From Mobula hypostoma (lineage: Eukaryota): DNA of 64,000 nt. Shown here piece after piece: positions 41,200 to 53,432 of this stretch. Every line of letters starts with the position of its first letter. Positions within the stretch are counted from its first letter, which is position 1. The notes under the pieces were generated by a model that made no database searches, was not told where the DNA came from, and saw nothing but the letters and a program-made list of their open reading frames with translations. The stretch is taken from the NCBI RefSeq assembly GCF_963921235.1, contig NC_086106.1:23994001-24058000 (forward strand), written 5' to 3'. Position numbers and translations under genes: made by a program.

Positions 41200-42752
41200 C
41201 GTTTCTGCTTTGTTCCGTTGCTGTTCTGAGCCAACATGGGCGTCCTGGCACAAAGATACATGGCGGAATCTGAAATGAGAGACCAAGTGATGCTGAAAGT
41301 AAACTGCCGACAATTTCTGCTTAATCGACAGAAAAATCTGTCTGGCAAATCGGGAGGTGGTTACTCGAAATCAGTGCTGAGTTTAAGAGGGAAGCTGGAG
41401 CTTAGGAGGGATAATAGCGCCTAAGAGCGACTCCTTTGCTTGCATCTTTGGAAAGAACTTTCACCCCCCCCCCACCACTCCCCCACAGTTATTATCATTA
41501 TTTTTTTCCCATTAAGGGCACTTTTAAAAACCCTGACCTGGAGTTAAACGTGGGGTTCATTTTGTTTTTTGTTTGTTTGTTTGTTTTGCGAGAATGGGAC
41601 CCGTACTCAGGTTTGTAGGATAGGCCGTTATTCAGCATCTCGAACGTGTTTGGAAGCCTGAGATCTCGGAGTTAGGAGAAAGGGGGATAGAGTATCGATG
41701 TCACTGCAGGAGGGACGTGCGTTGTTGAAGAGGCCCGAAAATCTTTCGCTGGGAACACCAGGACCTGAGGTCTGTGTGATCTTCGGACACAGAGCTCGAA
41801 ACAAGAGACGAAACGGACTTGTAACATCGTAATCAACTTTCCAGCTCTTAGCTCCATCCGACCCCCTCCTGTCTTCTCTTATCATTTCAGATTTCACCCT
41901 CCCACTTTCAAATCTCTTATTAACTATTCTTTCAGTTAGTCCTAACCAAAGGTCTCGGCCCAAATCGTCGACTGTGCGTCTGTATGTAGATGCTGCCTGG
42001 CCCACTGCGTTCACCAGCACTTTTTTTTTCTGCGTGGGTTGCTTGAATTTCCAGCATCTGCAGGTTTTCTCGTTTTTGTGGTTTTCACATACCAGCGGGA
42101 TGCTGTGATGTCTGCCGTTCGCTGTGAAAATGTAAGGCACCTCCCTCTCAATTGCCAGGGAGAGAGAGAACTTGAAGTTTGTCTAATATCGGATGAAATA
42201 CGAAGCCTTTGGGGTAACTTTAAACTATGGCTTTGTTATCGGTTAGGTCAGGCTTGTGCTCGGTATCGGGTTCCCTTTTTGTTTGGCCAGTGGAGGAAGG
42301 TAGGGTTGTTGTTCACTGCCGCTTACGTGCGGTAGAGGGGGCTGGTGGGGGTGGGGTGGGGGGACATAGGGGTTAACACGTTTAACAGTTGATCATTATT
42401 TGCGGCACTATTCCGTGGACTTCTGCGAACAAAAATCATTTCACGATATATGCTGTAAATTTCAAACTTTGAACGGTTGTTTTCTTTTATTTCAAATTTC
42501 AGCGTTGTCCCGCGTAACTGAGTGTACCAAAGAGCAGTACCACAGTCCTTAACTGCGGAGTAGGTTCAGGTGAGCGTTACCGATTGTTCTTCCCGAGTCG
42601 GCAGTTCAGGCGGTTTCTGGGATAGTCGTTTTTCGCCACAGCTCCTGCAAGAAACCACACAGTAGAAATCAAATCCAACGTGTGCACACCAGATTTTCAA
42701 ATTGTATACCCACCTGGAAGTACGAGAATTGCGAACATTGTAAGATGTGCGA
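41200..42752 (-). pseudogene. TCR alpha/delta-type V pseudogene A, interrupted by a ~1.1 kb insertion
   Basis: Leader remnant lacking ATG with donor at 42713, and a 69-bp intron. The V exon from 42644 has a 1-nt deletion relative to paralog B, then SCGEKRLSQKPPELPTREEQSVTLT*TYSAVKDCGTALWYTQLRGTTLKFEIKE. Insertion ~41386-42480, then STDFE*PPPDLPDRFFCRLSRNCRQFTFSITWSLISDSAMYLCART. RSS relic CATGTTG-23-GCAGAAACG (41238-41200). Confidence 0.88.
41620..42080 (+). mobile_element. Penelope-like fragment, part of the composite insertion inside V pseudogene A
   Basis: cctaaccaaaggtctcggcccaaatcgtcgactg...gatgctgcctggcccactgcgttcaccagcac...tttccagcatctgcag; same family as 430-790. Confidence 0.55.
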
Positions 42753-44078
42753 TCTTGTCCTGAACGGAAAACAGTTAACGTGTTCAAGTTTATGACAGCA
42801 CACAGCTGAAATATGATTGCTTCGTTTTGGAGATAAATTGCGTTCTCCTAGTCAGAATTGGTCTGTCACAAAGATAAGACAGGTTTGGCACAAATCATCT
42901 TCTCCTATGTTATTTGATGCACGTCTTTCGGAGCAGCATTGCAATTTTCAACGTACCACAAAATATCGGAACAAAACAGCAAGCAGCTGGAGTGTAAGTA
43001 CAGCTCATTGACATTTCCACTTTTACTGTGGTAATTAATATGGGTGGTTGTTGCATGGCGGATTTTCCCTCTCACTCCCCCCTCTCCCCCATATGCGAAA
43101 ACTACAGGTTATATGAGAGTAAAAATGTATTACTCGGACCTTGTTATGTGGGATTCGTTTACTTATCCGTCGGCAGCTGCTAGGAGATTAATCTTCAGAG
43201 TTAGGAGAGCACACGCACTCTCTGAGCGATGCATCAAGCTTGCTGAGGGTGTAATGTTGTTGTTTGTGTAAGGTGGGTGTGCTACAGCCACAGATTCGGC
43301 AGCGCAGTTGATACTGCAATTGAGCTTGTGAGTATGTACGTGTCAGCTAATTATTATTAATCGTGATAATATTTAACTCCATAAATGTTGTCGTAGTGCT
43401 CGAAGAGACTTGGACGGAACACAGCAACGCTTCGCTACCTGTTTCTATTCGTCTTTCCCTGAGAAATTGGACTGTCTAGTCAACTAACTCAGAAGACTAG
43501 CGGTATTTGTTCAATGCTTAGATTTTTTTTTTTTGTCGCAGTGTAGAGTTCGTTTTCCATTTGGGAATTTTCGTTAACGGCCCTGTTTGTCCCAGCGTTT
43601 GTGGCTTTATTTTCCATTTTAAACTTTTCGCATTAAAGTCTGTGAACTATCGACCTGCTTCAGTGCCTCTCACTCTGCACTTGGGCCAATCTGTACCTGC
43701 TAACAGGTGACCTCGACGCTTTGTCAAATCCTTCACCGCTTCAGAATATTTGATCGATGTGTTCATTCTCACTCAGTGGCTTGTGGTTCACTCTATTCCT
43801 GGGCCCTTTGATTCATAGTAGCTGCAATGATAATTGAAACAGGCAACAAATAAGTGTTAAACACATTATATTCAGAAACCAGAAAAAAATACAGAAAACA
43901 TTCAGCCAGTCGGCATGTAATGTCTGATGCAAGAGTGTAAAATTAAGATGTAAATATTCATTAACATGTGAGAAAACGGGTGCAGGGATATTCTCTCTCT
44001 CTCACACACACACATACACACATCTATTCTTTTTCTGACTGTCTATCGATTTATATCTCACTCTCTCTCTCAGCACGC

Positions 44079-44085
<7 letters not shown>

Positions 44086-44145
<60 letters not shown>
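44086..44145. repeat. (CT)n microsatellite
   Basis: Direct reading. Confidence 0.95.
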
Positions 44146-44149
<4 letters not shown>

Positions 44150-44833
44150 CTCTCACTCTACGCCCTTGTTTCCATCGTTAAGGACTTTTGTCGCACTGTA
44201 AGGAAAACGAAGCGGGATACCAAAAGTTGAATTCCATGGACTGCAGTGGAATCAAATTCAGGTTATATTACTGGAAAGACGCGATTACTCATTGTAGCGA
44301 GAGAGGTGTAATTGGTGGTGAAGGCAATTGAAGAGCAAAGTTTTGAATTATTTCAGAATCAGACGATATAAACAAAAAAAAAATGCTAGATCACAACCAT
44401 TAGTACTACTATTGGAAGTCCAATGATTGAGACTGCTCACCGTGAGGCACATAACTGCAGATTTTCCATGACGGGATGTGTCAGACCATACTTGGCTGTC
44501 TGAAACACCAACGTGCAGCAGTTAGTAACCGTATATTGGGGAATATGAGAGCTGAAAACTGGATGCATGCCGCTGTTCCCTAGGGTCCGTGACTTCTATG
44601 AAACAATTCATGTTGGCTCAATTTTGATTGACCATAATGGATCAGTGGTTGATCGTGTTAAATTTAGCAGCAGATTTATGAATCCAATGACATTTCGTAT
44701 TACAGTGAACATTGTGAATTGCATACCTTTGCTCGTTTCATTTGCTGCTCCTGTGCACACTTACATCTTACTTCATTCTTTTCACAATGCAAATTTTAAC
44801 GCTTTTTGGCGCCCCCTGGAGACTGATCCTCTG

Positions 44834-45308
44834 TGTTTCTATCCGCATCTGTAGCTGTTATGAACCAATATGTGCGTCATTTGACAACGATACATTGCAG
44901 AATGGGAGACGAGCGCTCCGACGATTATTAAAGTTACGTGCCGACTACGTGTGTCTAATATAATAGAAAATCTGTCTGGCAAATCGGGAGATTATTCCTT
45001 GAAACCACTGCGCAGTTTTTTCATTTAAATTTCGGCGCTGTCCCGGGAAAATGATTGTACCAGAAAGCAGTACCGTTCCCGTCAGCTGCAGAATCGTGGC
45101 ACTTGAGCGTTAGGATGTACATTTCCTCAGCCACGAATTGAGGCCGTTTCTGGGATACTGGATCTTCGCCACAAGCTCCTGGAAGGAAGCGGGACAGAAT
45201 TAGTAGTCTGAGGGTAAATCAATGCCAAGAGGCGCAGATCAGCGTCATAATTTTAGTCACACCAAGAAGGAAGAGAATTACTGCCACGACAAGATGTGCG
45301 AAATGCAT
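44834..45308 (-). pseudogene. TCR alpha/delta-type V pseudogene B (leader 45308-45263, V exon 45178-44873, RSS relic 44872-44834)
   Basis: Leader MHFAHLVVAVILFLL(G) and 84-bp intron. V exon reads ACG|EDPVSQKRPQFVAEEMYILTLKCHDSAADGNGTAFWYNHFPGTAPKF, then a 1-nt frameshift, then MKKLRSGFKE*SPDLPDRFSIILDTRSRHVTLIIVGALVSHSAMYRCQMT. RSS relic CATATTG-23-ATAGAAACA. Confidence 0.88.
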
Positions 45309-45919
45309 GGTGTTCTCCTGAAAGCTGATATCTTAACGCGTGCAAGTCCATGTGTAAAAACATACAGCTCAAATCTGGTTGATTTATTTTGCAGAAAGTT
45401 GTCCGTCTTCGAGTTTAGGATAGTCCTGTCACAAAGATTAGACTGCTTTGGCACAAATGACATTCGCCTACGTCATCCGCGGCACATCATTCGGATGTCT
45501 TGTGTGCAGAGAAGTCACGTTTAAGTCGTCTTACCATTGTATTCAAGGCATTAATTTTGACACTATGTTCACGACCATTGCCGATGAACATTTCGTAATT
45601 TTATCTTCAGCGTTAGGACAGCCCACGAGCAGTCTTAGCGATGCATCTGTTCGCTGAAGATTTTCTGTCGTAGTTTATGTACTTTGGGAGTTTGAATGTT
45701 TGGTCCAGTCAATGATTGATATGCTTATTCGTAATCTGTGTATTCTGTCTCACTCACAAACCCGTGCCCCTGCTTCGACAATAGAGGTCTGCTATGAGGA
45801 ATGAAACGTGCAGCGGCTGACACAATATATTCAGTAAAGCTCAGAAAACACTCAACTGGTCAGTAGGGAATGTCTGGCGCAAAATCTAAATTTAAGATTT
45901 GTATTGTATTTAAAATTTG

Positions 45920-46640
45920 AGTTAACTGTTGTCGAGACGAGCTAAGGCACCGGTGACCCCCGTTTCTAACCACACGGTCAGTGTGAACATGTTGGAGGAT
46001 TACAAATACTTGGGGATACGAATTGACAATAAACTGGACTGGTCAAAGAACACCGAGGCTGTCTACAAGAAGGGTCAGCGCCGTCTCTATTTCCTGAGGA
46101 GACTGAGGTTCTTTAACATCTGCTGGACGATGCTGAGGATGTTCTACGAGTCTGTGCTGGTCGGTGCTATCATGTTTGCTGTTGTGTGCTGGGGCAGCAA
46201 GCTGAGGGTAGCAGACAGCAACAGAATCAACAAACTTATTCGTAAGCCCAGTGATGTTGTGGGGTTGGAATTTGACTCTCTCACAGTGGTGTCTGAAAAG
46301 AGGATGCTGTCTAAGTTGCATGCCATCTTGGGCAATGTCTCCCATCCACTACATAATGTACTGGATGGGCACAGGAGTACATTCAGCCAGAGACTCATTC
46401 CTCAGAGATGCAGCACCGAGCGTCATAGGAAGTAATTCCTGCCTGTGGCCATTAAACTTTACAACTCCTCCCTTGGAGGGTCAGACACCCTGAGCCGATA
46501 GGCTGGTCCTGGACTTATTTAATACCTCACTGGCATAATTTACATATTACTATTCAACAGTTTATGGTTCTATTACTATTTATTATTATGGTGCAACTGC
46601 ACGAAAATCAATTTCCCCCTCTAATCAATAAAGTATCACT
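45920..46640 (+). mobile_element. Rex1/Babar retrotransposon 3' part
   Basis: YKYLGIRIDNKLDWSKNTEAVYKKGQRRLYFLRRLRFFNI...FYESVLVGAIMFAVVCWG. Confidence 0.92.
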
Positions 46641-47299
46641 ATGGCTATGACTGTTTCTCCCTTTCTCCTTCTCTCCCCCCCCCCCCACTCCGTCCCTCTC
46701 TCTCCTTCTCTCTCTCTCTCTCTCTCTGATTCTGTATATCTCTTTCTTTTAGTCACTCACTCGGTCACTTACACCTTAAAAATTCCCACAGCGAACCATA
46801 CCTGAGCTTTTTATCACAGATCACAGATGGAGACTACCCACTTGTATTTATACAGAAAAATAGAAAACCTGCGGCACACAAGCCCTTCGGCCCACAAAGC
46901 AGAGGCGAACATGCCATAACTTACAAATTCTCTCGGGCTGCCTATAGTTCTCTATTTTTCCAATTCCGTGTACCAATACAGTAGCCTTTCAAAAAACCTT
47001 ATCATTTCCTCCTGCAAAACCGCCGCCGGCGGCAACTCTGTCTCCACTTCACGCATTGAAGTGCAAGAGTGGTTAATGACATTGCACGAAATTTCTGCCC
47101 CATCGTTTTATTTACAGGAAAACATATTTTAATATCACCGATTGCAATACATTCAGGAAAACAGATTCGGGACATAATTTTTTTTTGATTTGAATCTTCT
47201 TTATTTTATACATTCTTTACATACATAAGGAATAAAAATCATTACGTCATATCTCCATTTAGATGTACAATGTGCAATCTTAGTAATATATAATAATTT

Positions 47300-47880
47300 A
47301 TAATAAACAGAAGTGTCATAGTAACATGGAAATACACTCGTCAGCGTGAGTTATTCAGTCTGATGGGCTCCTGGAAGAAGCTGTCCCGGAGCCTGTTTGT
47401 CCGGGATTTTCTGCTGCGCTACCATTTCCCGGATGGTTGCAGATATAATAGATTATTTTGAGGTGACTGTGGTCCCTGATTATCCTTCGAGCCCTTTATC
47501 ACATCTGTCCTTGTAAATGTCCCGAATCATGGGAAGTTCACAGCTACAGATTCTCTGGGTTGTCCGCAGCACTCTCTGCAGAATACTGTGATCAAGAGAG
47601 GTACAGATACCCTGCCAGGAAGTGATCCAGACAGTTAGGATGCTCTTAGTTGTACTCCTGTACAAAGTTCTTAGGATTTGGGGCCCATAACAAGGTTTCT
47701 CAACCGTTTGACGTTGAAGAAGAGATGACTTCTTCCCTGTAGGCCAACACTTTATTTTTTGAGATTAGGCTGATCTATGTAGTGTTGTCGGCAAATTTGG
47801 TTAGCAGATTAGCGCGGTAGGTGGCGACACATTCATGGGTATACAGGGAGTAAAAGAGGATACTTAGTATGAAAAGCGAA
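47300..47880 (-). mobile_element. Rex1/Babar-like 3' fragment
   Basis: YRSTTKSILTVWITSWQGICTSLDHSILQRVLRTTQRI; same family as 13900-14540. Confidence 0.8.
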
Positions 47881-48169
47881 TCAAATAACATATCTGGAAG
47901 CAACTTATCTTTGACACGCTGCATTTCACCAGCCGTTGCCTTCTCCAATTAGACTCACCAAACCATATCCCGCTTCATATAGCAGCATGTTCTCTCTGCT
48001 CTGTTTCCATGGATTGTTGGAATTATGCTATAATTCAAACCGTTGAGAATGCACTCTCGTGAGATATCGAGGGTTCTTACACAGGATGTTTCTACGCACC
48101 TGCTTTTTTGCTGACAGCATTGTTCGCATTATAATGCAGATACACAAGACTGTTGTAGAGAAGATAACT

Positions 48170-50112
48170 CAATAGAGAATAGATAATAGACAATAGATGC
48201 AGGAGACGGTCATTCGGCCCTTCGAGCTAGCACAGCTATTCACTGTGATCATGGCTGATCATTCACAATCAGTACCCCGTTCCCGCCATCTCCCCATATC
48301 CCTTGACTCCGTTATCATTAAGAGTTCTATCTAACACTTTCTTGAAAACATCCAGAGAATTGGCCTCCACTGCCTTCTGAGGCAGAGCCCTCCACAGATC
48401 CACAACTCTCTGGGGGAATCTTTTATTTCCTCAACTCCGTTCTAAATGGCCTTTCCCTTATTCTCAATTTGTGGCCTCTGGTTCTGGATTCCCGCAACAT
48501 CGGGGACATGCTTCCTGCCTATAGCGTGTCTAATCCCTTAATAATCTTATATGTTTCAATCAGATCCCCTCTCATGCTTCTAAATTCCAGTGTATACAAG
48601 CCCAGTCGCTCCAATCTTTTAACATATGACAGTCCCGCCATTCCAGGAATTAAGCTGCTGAATATCCGCTGCACTCACTCAATAGCAAGAATGTCCTTCC
48701 TCAAAGTTGAGAACACAACTGTACACAATAATACAGGTGTGGTCTCGCCAGGGCCCTGTACAACTGCAAAATGACCTCTTTGTTCCTATACTCAACTCCC
48801 CTTGTTTTGAAGGCCAACATGCCATTAGCTTTCTTCACTGCCTGATGTACCTGCATACTTACTTTCAAGACTGATGAACAAGGACACTAGAGCTCGTTGC
48901 ACTTCTCATTTTCCGAAATTGAGAGCATTCAAATAATAACCTGCCTTTCTGTTCTTGCCACCAAAGTGGATAACCTCACATTTATCCACATTAAACTGCA
49001 TCTGCTATGCATCTGCCCACACACCCAACCTTTCCAAGTAATCCTGCATTATCTCAACATCCTCCGCGCATTTCAGACTGCCACCCAGCTTTGTGCTATC
49101 TGCAAATTTGCTAATGTTACTTTTAATCTCTCCATCTAAATCATTAATGTATATTGTAAATAGCTGCGGTCGCAGTACCGAGCCTTGTCGTACCCCACTG
49201 ATCAACGCCTGTTATTCTCAAAGGGACCCGTTAACCCTTATTGTTTGTTTCCGGTCTGAAAACCGGTTTTCTATCCATGTCAATGCCCTACCCCCAATAC
49301 CACGTGCTCTATTTTTGCCCACTAATCGCCTATGTGGCACCTTATCAAAGGCTTTCTGAAAGTCCAGGTACACTATAACCACTGGCTCTGCCTTGTCCAT
49401 TTTCATAGTTACATGCTCAAAATATTCCAGCAGCGGGGTCAAGTATGCTTTCCCCTTCGTAAATCCATGTTGGCTCGGACCGATCCTGTTACTGCTATCC
49501 AAATCTTCTGCTATTTCATCTTTTATAATTGATTCCAGCATCTTCCCCACCACTGATGTCAGGCTAACTGATCTATTAATCCTGGTTTTCTCTCTCCCTC
49601 CTTTCTTAAAAAGTGGGATAACATTAGCTACCCTCCACTCCTCAGGAACAGATTCTGAATCTATAAAATATTGGGGAAAAAAAATACCAATGCGTCCACG
49701 ATTTCTAGAGCCACCTCCTTAATAACCTTGGGGTGCTGAACATCAGGCCTTGGGGATTTATCAGTCTTCAGTCCCATCAGTCAATCCAACACCATTTTCT
49801 GCCTAATGTGAATCTCCTTCAGTTCCTCCGTTAACGTAGGTCCTCCGGCCACTATTACATCTGGGAGATTATTTGTGTACACCCTAGTGAAGACAGATCC
49901 AAATTACCTGTTCAACTCGTCTGCCATTTCCTTGTTCTCCATAATAAATCCATCCGTTTCTGTCTTCAGGGGCCCAACTTTGGTCTTAACTATTTTTTTT
50001 TTTCTTCTTCACATACCGAAAGAGGCTTTTCCTATACTCCTTTACATTCTTGGCTAGCTTGCCTTCGTATCTCGTCTTTTCTCCCCGTATTGCCTTTTTA
50101 GGTATCTACTGT
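48170..50112 (-). mobile_element. 5'-truncated decayed CR1 LINE
   Basis: QHGFTKGKAYLT, YLDFQKAFDKVPHRRL, GVRQGSVLRPQLFTIYINDLD and SKFADSTKL; (aatagac)n-like tail. Confidence 0.92.
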
Positions 50113-50114
50113 TT

Positions 50115-50315
50115 CTCTTTAAAAGTTTCCCAAAGACAATAAAGGCGGGTCTTCAGGCAAAGCAAGGCGAGACAGAACTTCAGGCGAGTCGAGAGTTACC
50201 AGCAAAACAAGGCAGGGCTTCAGGCTACGAAACAGAAGGGAGAGGAAGGGATCCACGGAGTAAGGACAAGAACAATCCAGCAACCACGTCCTGGTCTCTG
50301 GAGGTATTTATGCCA
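50115..50315 (-). mobile_element. Fragment of the LTR family found at 60138-61367
   Basis: Reverse complement matches ~60270-60470 (for example ctggattgttcttgtc.ttactcc and cgcctgaagttct). Confidence 0.7.
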
Positions 50316-52641
50316 CTGAATGATGTTTCTCTAGTATTAAGGAATGACTTAGCAAATGGACAAGTTTTTTTTCCAGAAGTGTATCTGACAATAAAACTTA
50401 CTTCTGAGGAATTAAGGATAGACTCTAAACGGATTCTTCCTGTGTTGTAACTCGAGATATGGCTAAAAATTGTGATGCACAGAATGAGGATGAGGATAAG
50501 AGCTGTTTTTGCATTTACCCTTTTAAGAACTGTTCCAGATTTGCCGTATCGCAGTTAACTTCCGGTTAAATCTGTCGTTGGAATATTTTTCGCTATTATT
50601 CATCAAAGTTTAATAAATGTTTGGTTGTTTTTATAAAACCTGACTCAATTGATATATTCATTGTTGCCGGTCACGTGACACCCTGTTGAGGGAAAGCCTT
50701 ACTACTCTGCGACAGGCTATCCGGACCATGGCCACCTCGAATGGCGGTATCTGTCCTTAATATACACTTGGTTCCCCGTCGATAATCTTTGGCGACACGC
50801 GCGGGAACATTCCTATTACGTCAGTGGAGTACTCTAATCATCGACTCCAATCTATTTATCCGCTCTGTGCGGAACCACTTCTGTTGCGTCTACTCAATAC
50901 TACAATAAACTGCGTGAATTGTTTCTACTCGAAGGCGGACGCCATTTTCCCGACTGCTGAAGCAGATTGGCACCCACCAAAGAGATAAAGGTTTTGCGCA
51001 TGAGACTGTTCCGATTCATGCGATCACTTTAAAGACGAAACACTCTCCACGGTATGAAACAATTTCTTCAGCTCCTATTTCAATGCTGAGGGGCAAAGTT
51101 CGAATGATGTTCGAGAAGATTCCGATACGTTTGTAGTTTATTGTTCAGCATTGTGCGGAGCAGTGCTTTCGAAAAGCGGCAAGCTAATGGTTCAGTTCTG
51201 CTTTGCTTTTCCAAAATGGGATTGATGGAGATAATGACATTTGATGTAGCATTCTGATCAGGCGTCGCTTTATCTCTAACCCGTGAATACCAAAGGTCCC
51301 GTTACACTTTGAATGAGCATCGTGGCATTGCGTTGAAATCTTTTATCTGTCTTTGTCGTTTCTTGACACTATCTGATATTAAAGGATGAAGTCAGCATTT
51401 ATTCCTCGATGGGCCTTTGGACCGTCGTTAGAATTATGAACTCCTGCAAGAGCCTGTAGAATTCTGATATGTCGGGCCTCCTCATTATATCAGCTCTCAG
51501 CGAAACGTCTTCTCATATGGAGATTGATGAGTGTGAGATCATTAAGGGCATTAATGTTGATTACTGTAATTTCTTGCATTTACTTTTGTTAGAATGGGGT
51601 AGCACAGAATCAATGGAAAATTCAGACATCGAATCTACGACAACACAACGGCAAAAACACACTGACAGCATTAGAACTCAGAAAACAGAGCAATTTAAGT
51701 ATTTCAGATACCCGTGGTTCGATTGCAAATGATCTAAACAAAGATTTCATAACACAATTATATGCAAGGTTACAGCCACGCTGAATTTAAGAACTACCGA
51801 TACCTCCAACAGTGATCAAGTTGTGGCAGGAAAGAGGTACAGTTGGCGGTTTCTGACTTGTCTCTGCAAACATGGATTCACTAGGTGGTATCTCAATTCG
51901 AAGATTTCGGTGAAATATGACGATTGGGTCTACATGCTGGAAACGATTGGAAGTAAAGGGTACACACACGGAGGTATATAAGATAAGAAGGCACAATTCA
52001 AGTGTCGTGTAAAATACATTTGCATAACTTGCACATCCTTGACGGAAACAGAAGAGGGTGCAGTATTAATTTGTGAGGAAATAAGTTTAAAGGCGAATTG
52101 CACCATAAGAGTTTTTTTCTTCATCCACAAAGAACATGGTTAATATCTCTAAATCGCAGTGAGAGAGGGTGATATAAAGTGGTGCAACTTCGGTAGTTAA
52201 GGTAGTTAATTCGGCAAAGGAACGAACATAGAAGATGGAGCCGGGAGAGAATGACAGACAAACGTTTGTCTGATCGTGAGGGGCTGAAGTTACCGTTTAT
52301 TTGCTGTAGTTTGCTTGGAGTCTCTCTGTCTTATGAAATTTTGCCAAATTAATTTGTGTACAATGAAAACTTGAATCACGCCCAGCCGACATGGAATGAA
52401 ATGGAACTTTAGAACTTCCTCCGTGCAGCTTGTCTCTTCAACATCGTCTGCAATGGCTGGTTTACCTCCTAAAGATGGTACCAGACTGATAGCTTTGGAC
52501 TTTACAAAGAGAAAGAAAATCCACTCCGTTATTTAGTGCGAGATTATATGAAGGAATTTCTGATCATACCGTCTTTGCCGTTGAGTCTTACATACAGCCC
52601 AATCGTTAGTTCTGAGGAAGTAACTTATGGGCGGTCTCGCC

Positions 52642-52700
52642 CAATCTGCCAACTTTCAGTTGATTGGCTGTGTTGTGGAACAAAGCATTAGTACAGGATT
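52642..52700 (+). promoter_or_regulatory. Candidate V-gene promoter block, paralog of 34867-34925
   Basis: caatctgccaactttcagttgattggctgtgttgtggaacaaagcattagtacaggattg. Confidence 0.45.
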
Positions 52701-52877
52701 GGAAGAGTTCATAAAATGAGTTGATTGGTGGACTATGAGAAGCTAAGAGCAGCATATTAAGTTGATAGACCAATAGCATCTTAACAAACGAGCGTGCACG
52801 CCTGACGAACCACAGATTAAACTTGTTTGAGAATAACATTTGTTCGTTACAAATTCATAGTGAACGGATACACAGAC

Positions 52878-53432
52878 ATGCGGCTCCTACATTTGTTTCT
52901 TATTGCTGCAGCGATTCTGATTGGTAAGCTTCTCGACAAATTGTATACCGTCGTTCTCACCATGCTGAACAAAATAATTGATCACTAAATATCAGTAACC
53001 TAACATTTATCATGGGATGAAAGGATTCAGGAGTACGAAAGTAACAGGTTTTGGTTCGGAGTTATGGGAGCAGAATATTGATATTACTTGATTCAAATTT
53101 TAAAATTATTTTTGTACTATAACAGGACATTGCCGAGGCGACGCTGTTTATCAGTCACCTGCTGTCATCACAGTTGCGGAAGGTGAAGTTGCAGTGTTAA
53201 ATTGTAATTATACAGCTACAAGCACGACCACCCCCGTATTCATCTGGTACCGTAGGTATCCCGGAGGTTCTTTGGAGTTGCTTTTGGTCCGTTCGAAATT
53301 CGACAACCAACTAGAGAATACTCCCCGACAACGGTTCACGGCGCAGCTGAATGATTCGAGCAGAACCATCCCACTGACAGTATCAAAAACAAATCTAGGA
53401 GACACTGCCATGTATTACTGTGCTCTGAACTC
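52878..53432 (+). CDS. TRAV/DV: T-cell receptor alpha/delta-type variable gene segment, apparently functional (leader exon 52878-52923, V exon 53126-53432)
   Basis: Leader MRLLHLFLIAAAILI(G), gtaagc donor and aacag acceptor. Product GHCRG|DAVYQSPAVITVAEGEVAVLNCNYTATSTTTPVFIWYRRYPGGSLELLLVRSKFDNQLENTPRQRFTAQLNDSSRTIPLTVSKTNLGDTAMYYCALNS is open and followed by an RSS. Symbol is family-level only. Confidence 0.92.
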
